A stretch of 24,000 nt of DNA. Origin: Skermanella cutis. Lineage in GTDB: Bacteria > Pseudomonadota > Alphaproteobacteria > Azospirillales > Azospirillaceae. Location of the stretch: assembly GCF_016653635.2 (NCBI RefSeq), contig NZ_CP067420.1, forward strand, positions 936,594 to 960,593, in the 5' to 3' direction. Position numbers and translations under genes: made by a program. Numbering within the stretch: position 1 is the first letter of the stretch; each line of letters opens with the position of its first letter. Below the pieces are notes generated by a model that worked only from the letters and a program-made list of their open reading frames with translations, did no database searches and was not told the origin of the DNA. Positions 23,646 through 24,000 of this stretch are shown here, piece after piece.

Positions 23646-24000
23646 ATGGATGCGATCGATCTGAGGGCTTGGCATTCCGCCGCGGCTCCGAAACCACAGC
23701 AGAAGCTTGCCCAATACCTTTACCTCTTCGTGGCGCCCTCGGCCGCCGCGGGGCTGGGGCTGTTCACGTCGCGGCCGATCCGCGCCGGCTCCAGCGTCCT
23801 GACGGTCACCGACCCCGACTATCTGGCGCGGGCGATGAGCCGCCGCGAAATCACCAGGGCCGGTTACAGCCACGCCGACATCTTCCAGGTCGGGAAAGAC
23901 CTGTTCATCCCGCCCTATGGCGGACCCGACGATTTCACCAACCACAGCTGCGAGCCCAATTGCGGCCTGAGGGTCCGGCCCGACGGCTTCTCCATGATCG
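23646..24000 (+). CDS. SET-domain protein (putative protein-lysine methyltransferase), N-terminal part; continues past the right edge
   Basis: My manual translation gives MDAIDLRAWHSAAAPKPQQKLAQYLYLFVAPSAAAGLGLFTSRPIRAGSSVLTV...IPPYGGPDDFTNHSCEPNCGLRV. It contains the hallmark NHSCxPNC motif and the G.GLF....I..G N-SET motif. The ORF is absent from the track because it has no stop in the window. The listed - ORF 23574..23945 is its shadow. Confidence 0.8.
   Translation, partial: MDAIDLRAWHSAAAPKPQQKLAQYLYLFVAPSAAAGLGLFTSRPIRAGSSVLTVTDPDYLARAMSRREITRAGYSHADIFQVGKDLFIPPYGGPDDFTNHSCEPNCGLRVRPDGFSMI

Noticed and set aside
23574-23945. 123-aa minus-strand ORF at the right end
   Set aside because: It is antisense to the SET-domain frame, which carries the NHSCEPNC motif.
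1-24000. CRISPR arrays, IS elements, prophage
   Set aside because: I saw no regularly spaced repeats, no transposase or integrase ORFs, and no terminal inverted repeats. The single TerS-like gene is not accompanied by any other phage gene, so I make no prophage call.

Overview
This is a high-GC chromosomal segment. The gene content and the smc/dsbA-like/DUF721/mutY synteny point to an alphaproteobacterium, probably Rhodospirillales-like; that assignment is inference only. Most of the window is ordinary housekeeping backbone:
- a partial PhyH-family dioxygenase
- a FadL-family outer-membrane transporter
- a CBS-pair protein
- a lipoprotein and a FAD oxidoreductase
- SMC
- a DsbA-like thiol oxidoreductase
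- a DUF721 protein
- MutY
- a DUF1194 (vWA-like) protein
- a thioredoxin-reductase-like flavoprotein
- malate synthase G
- a DUF2780 protein
- a UbiC-like protein
- an SLC13/DASS permease with TrkA-C domains
- a CspA-type cold-shock protein
- a repeat-containing membrane protein
- a partial SET-domain protein

The one clear accessory insertion is a visibly AT-richer islet of about 2 kb (about 12335-14310). It carries a two-gene darT-darG module: a DUF4433 ssDNA ADP-ribosyltransferase toxin and a macrodomain antitoxin. DarTG is a known toxin-antitoxin and anti-phage system, and both catalytic signatures look intact here. I see no evidence of a wholly new multi-gene system.

Secondary curiosities:
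- an orphan phage TerS-like HTH gene behind a roughly 0.5 kb non-coding spacer
- short palindromes inside the putative fadL and glcB promoters that may be lipid-responsive operators
- a glycosyltransferase-like gene that seems to have lost its C-terminal catalytic half
- a 21-bp tandem duplication inside a membrane protein gene
- an AT-rich inverted repeat in front of the SET-domain gene

No rRNA, tRNA, CRISPR array, transposase or integrase was recognised. Many long ORFs in the supplied track are antisense or out-of-frame shadows typical of high-GC DNA, and I rejected them.
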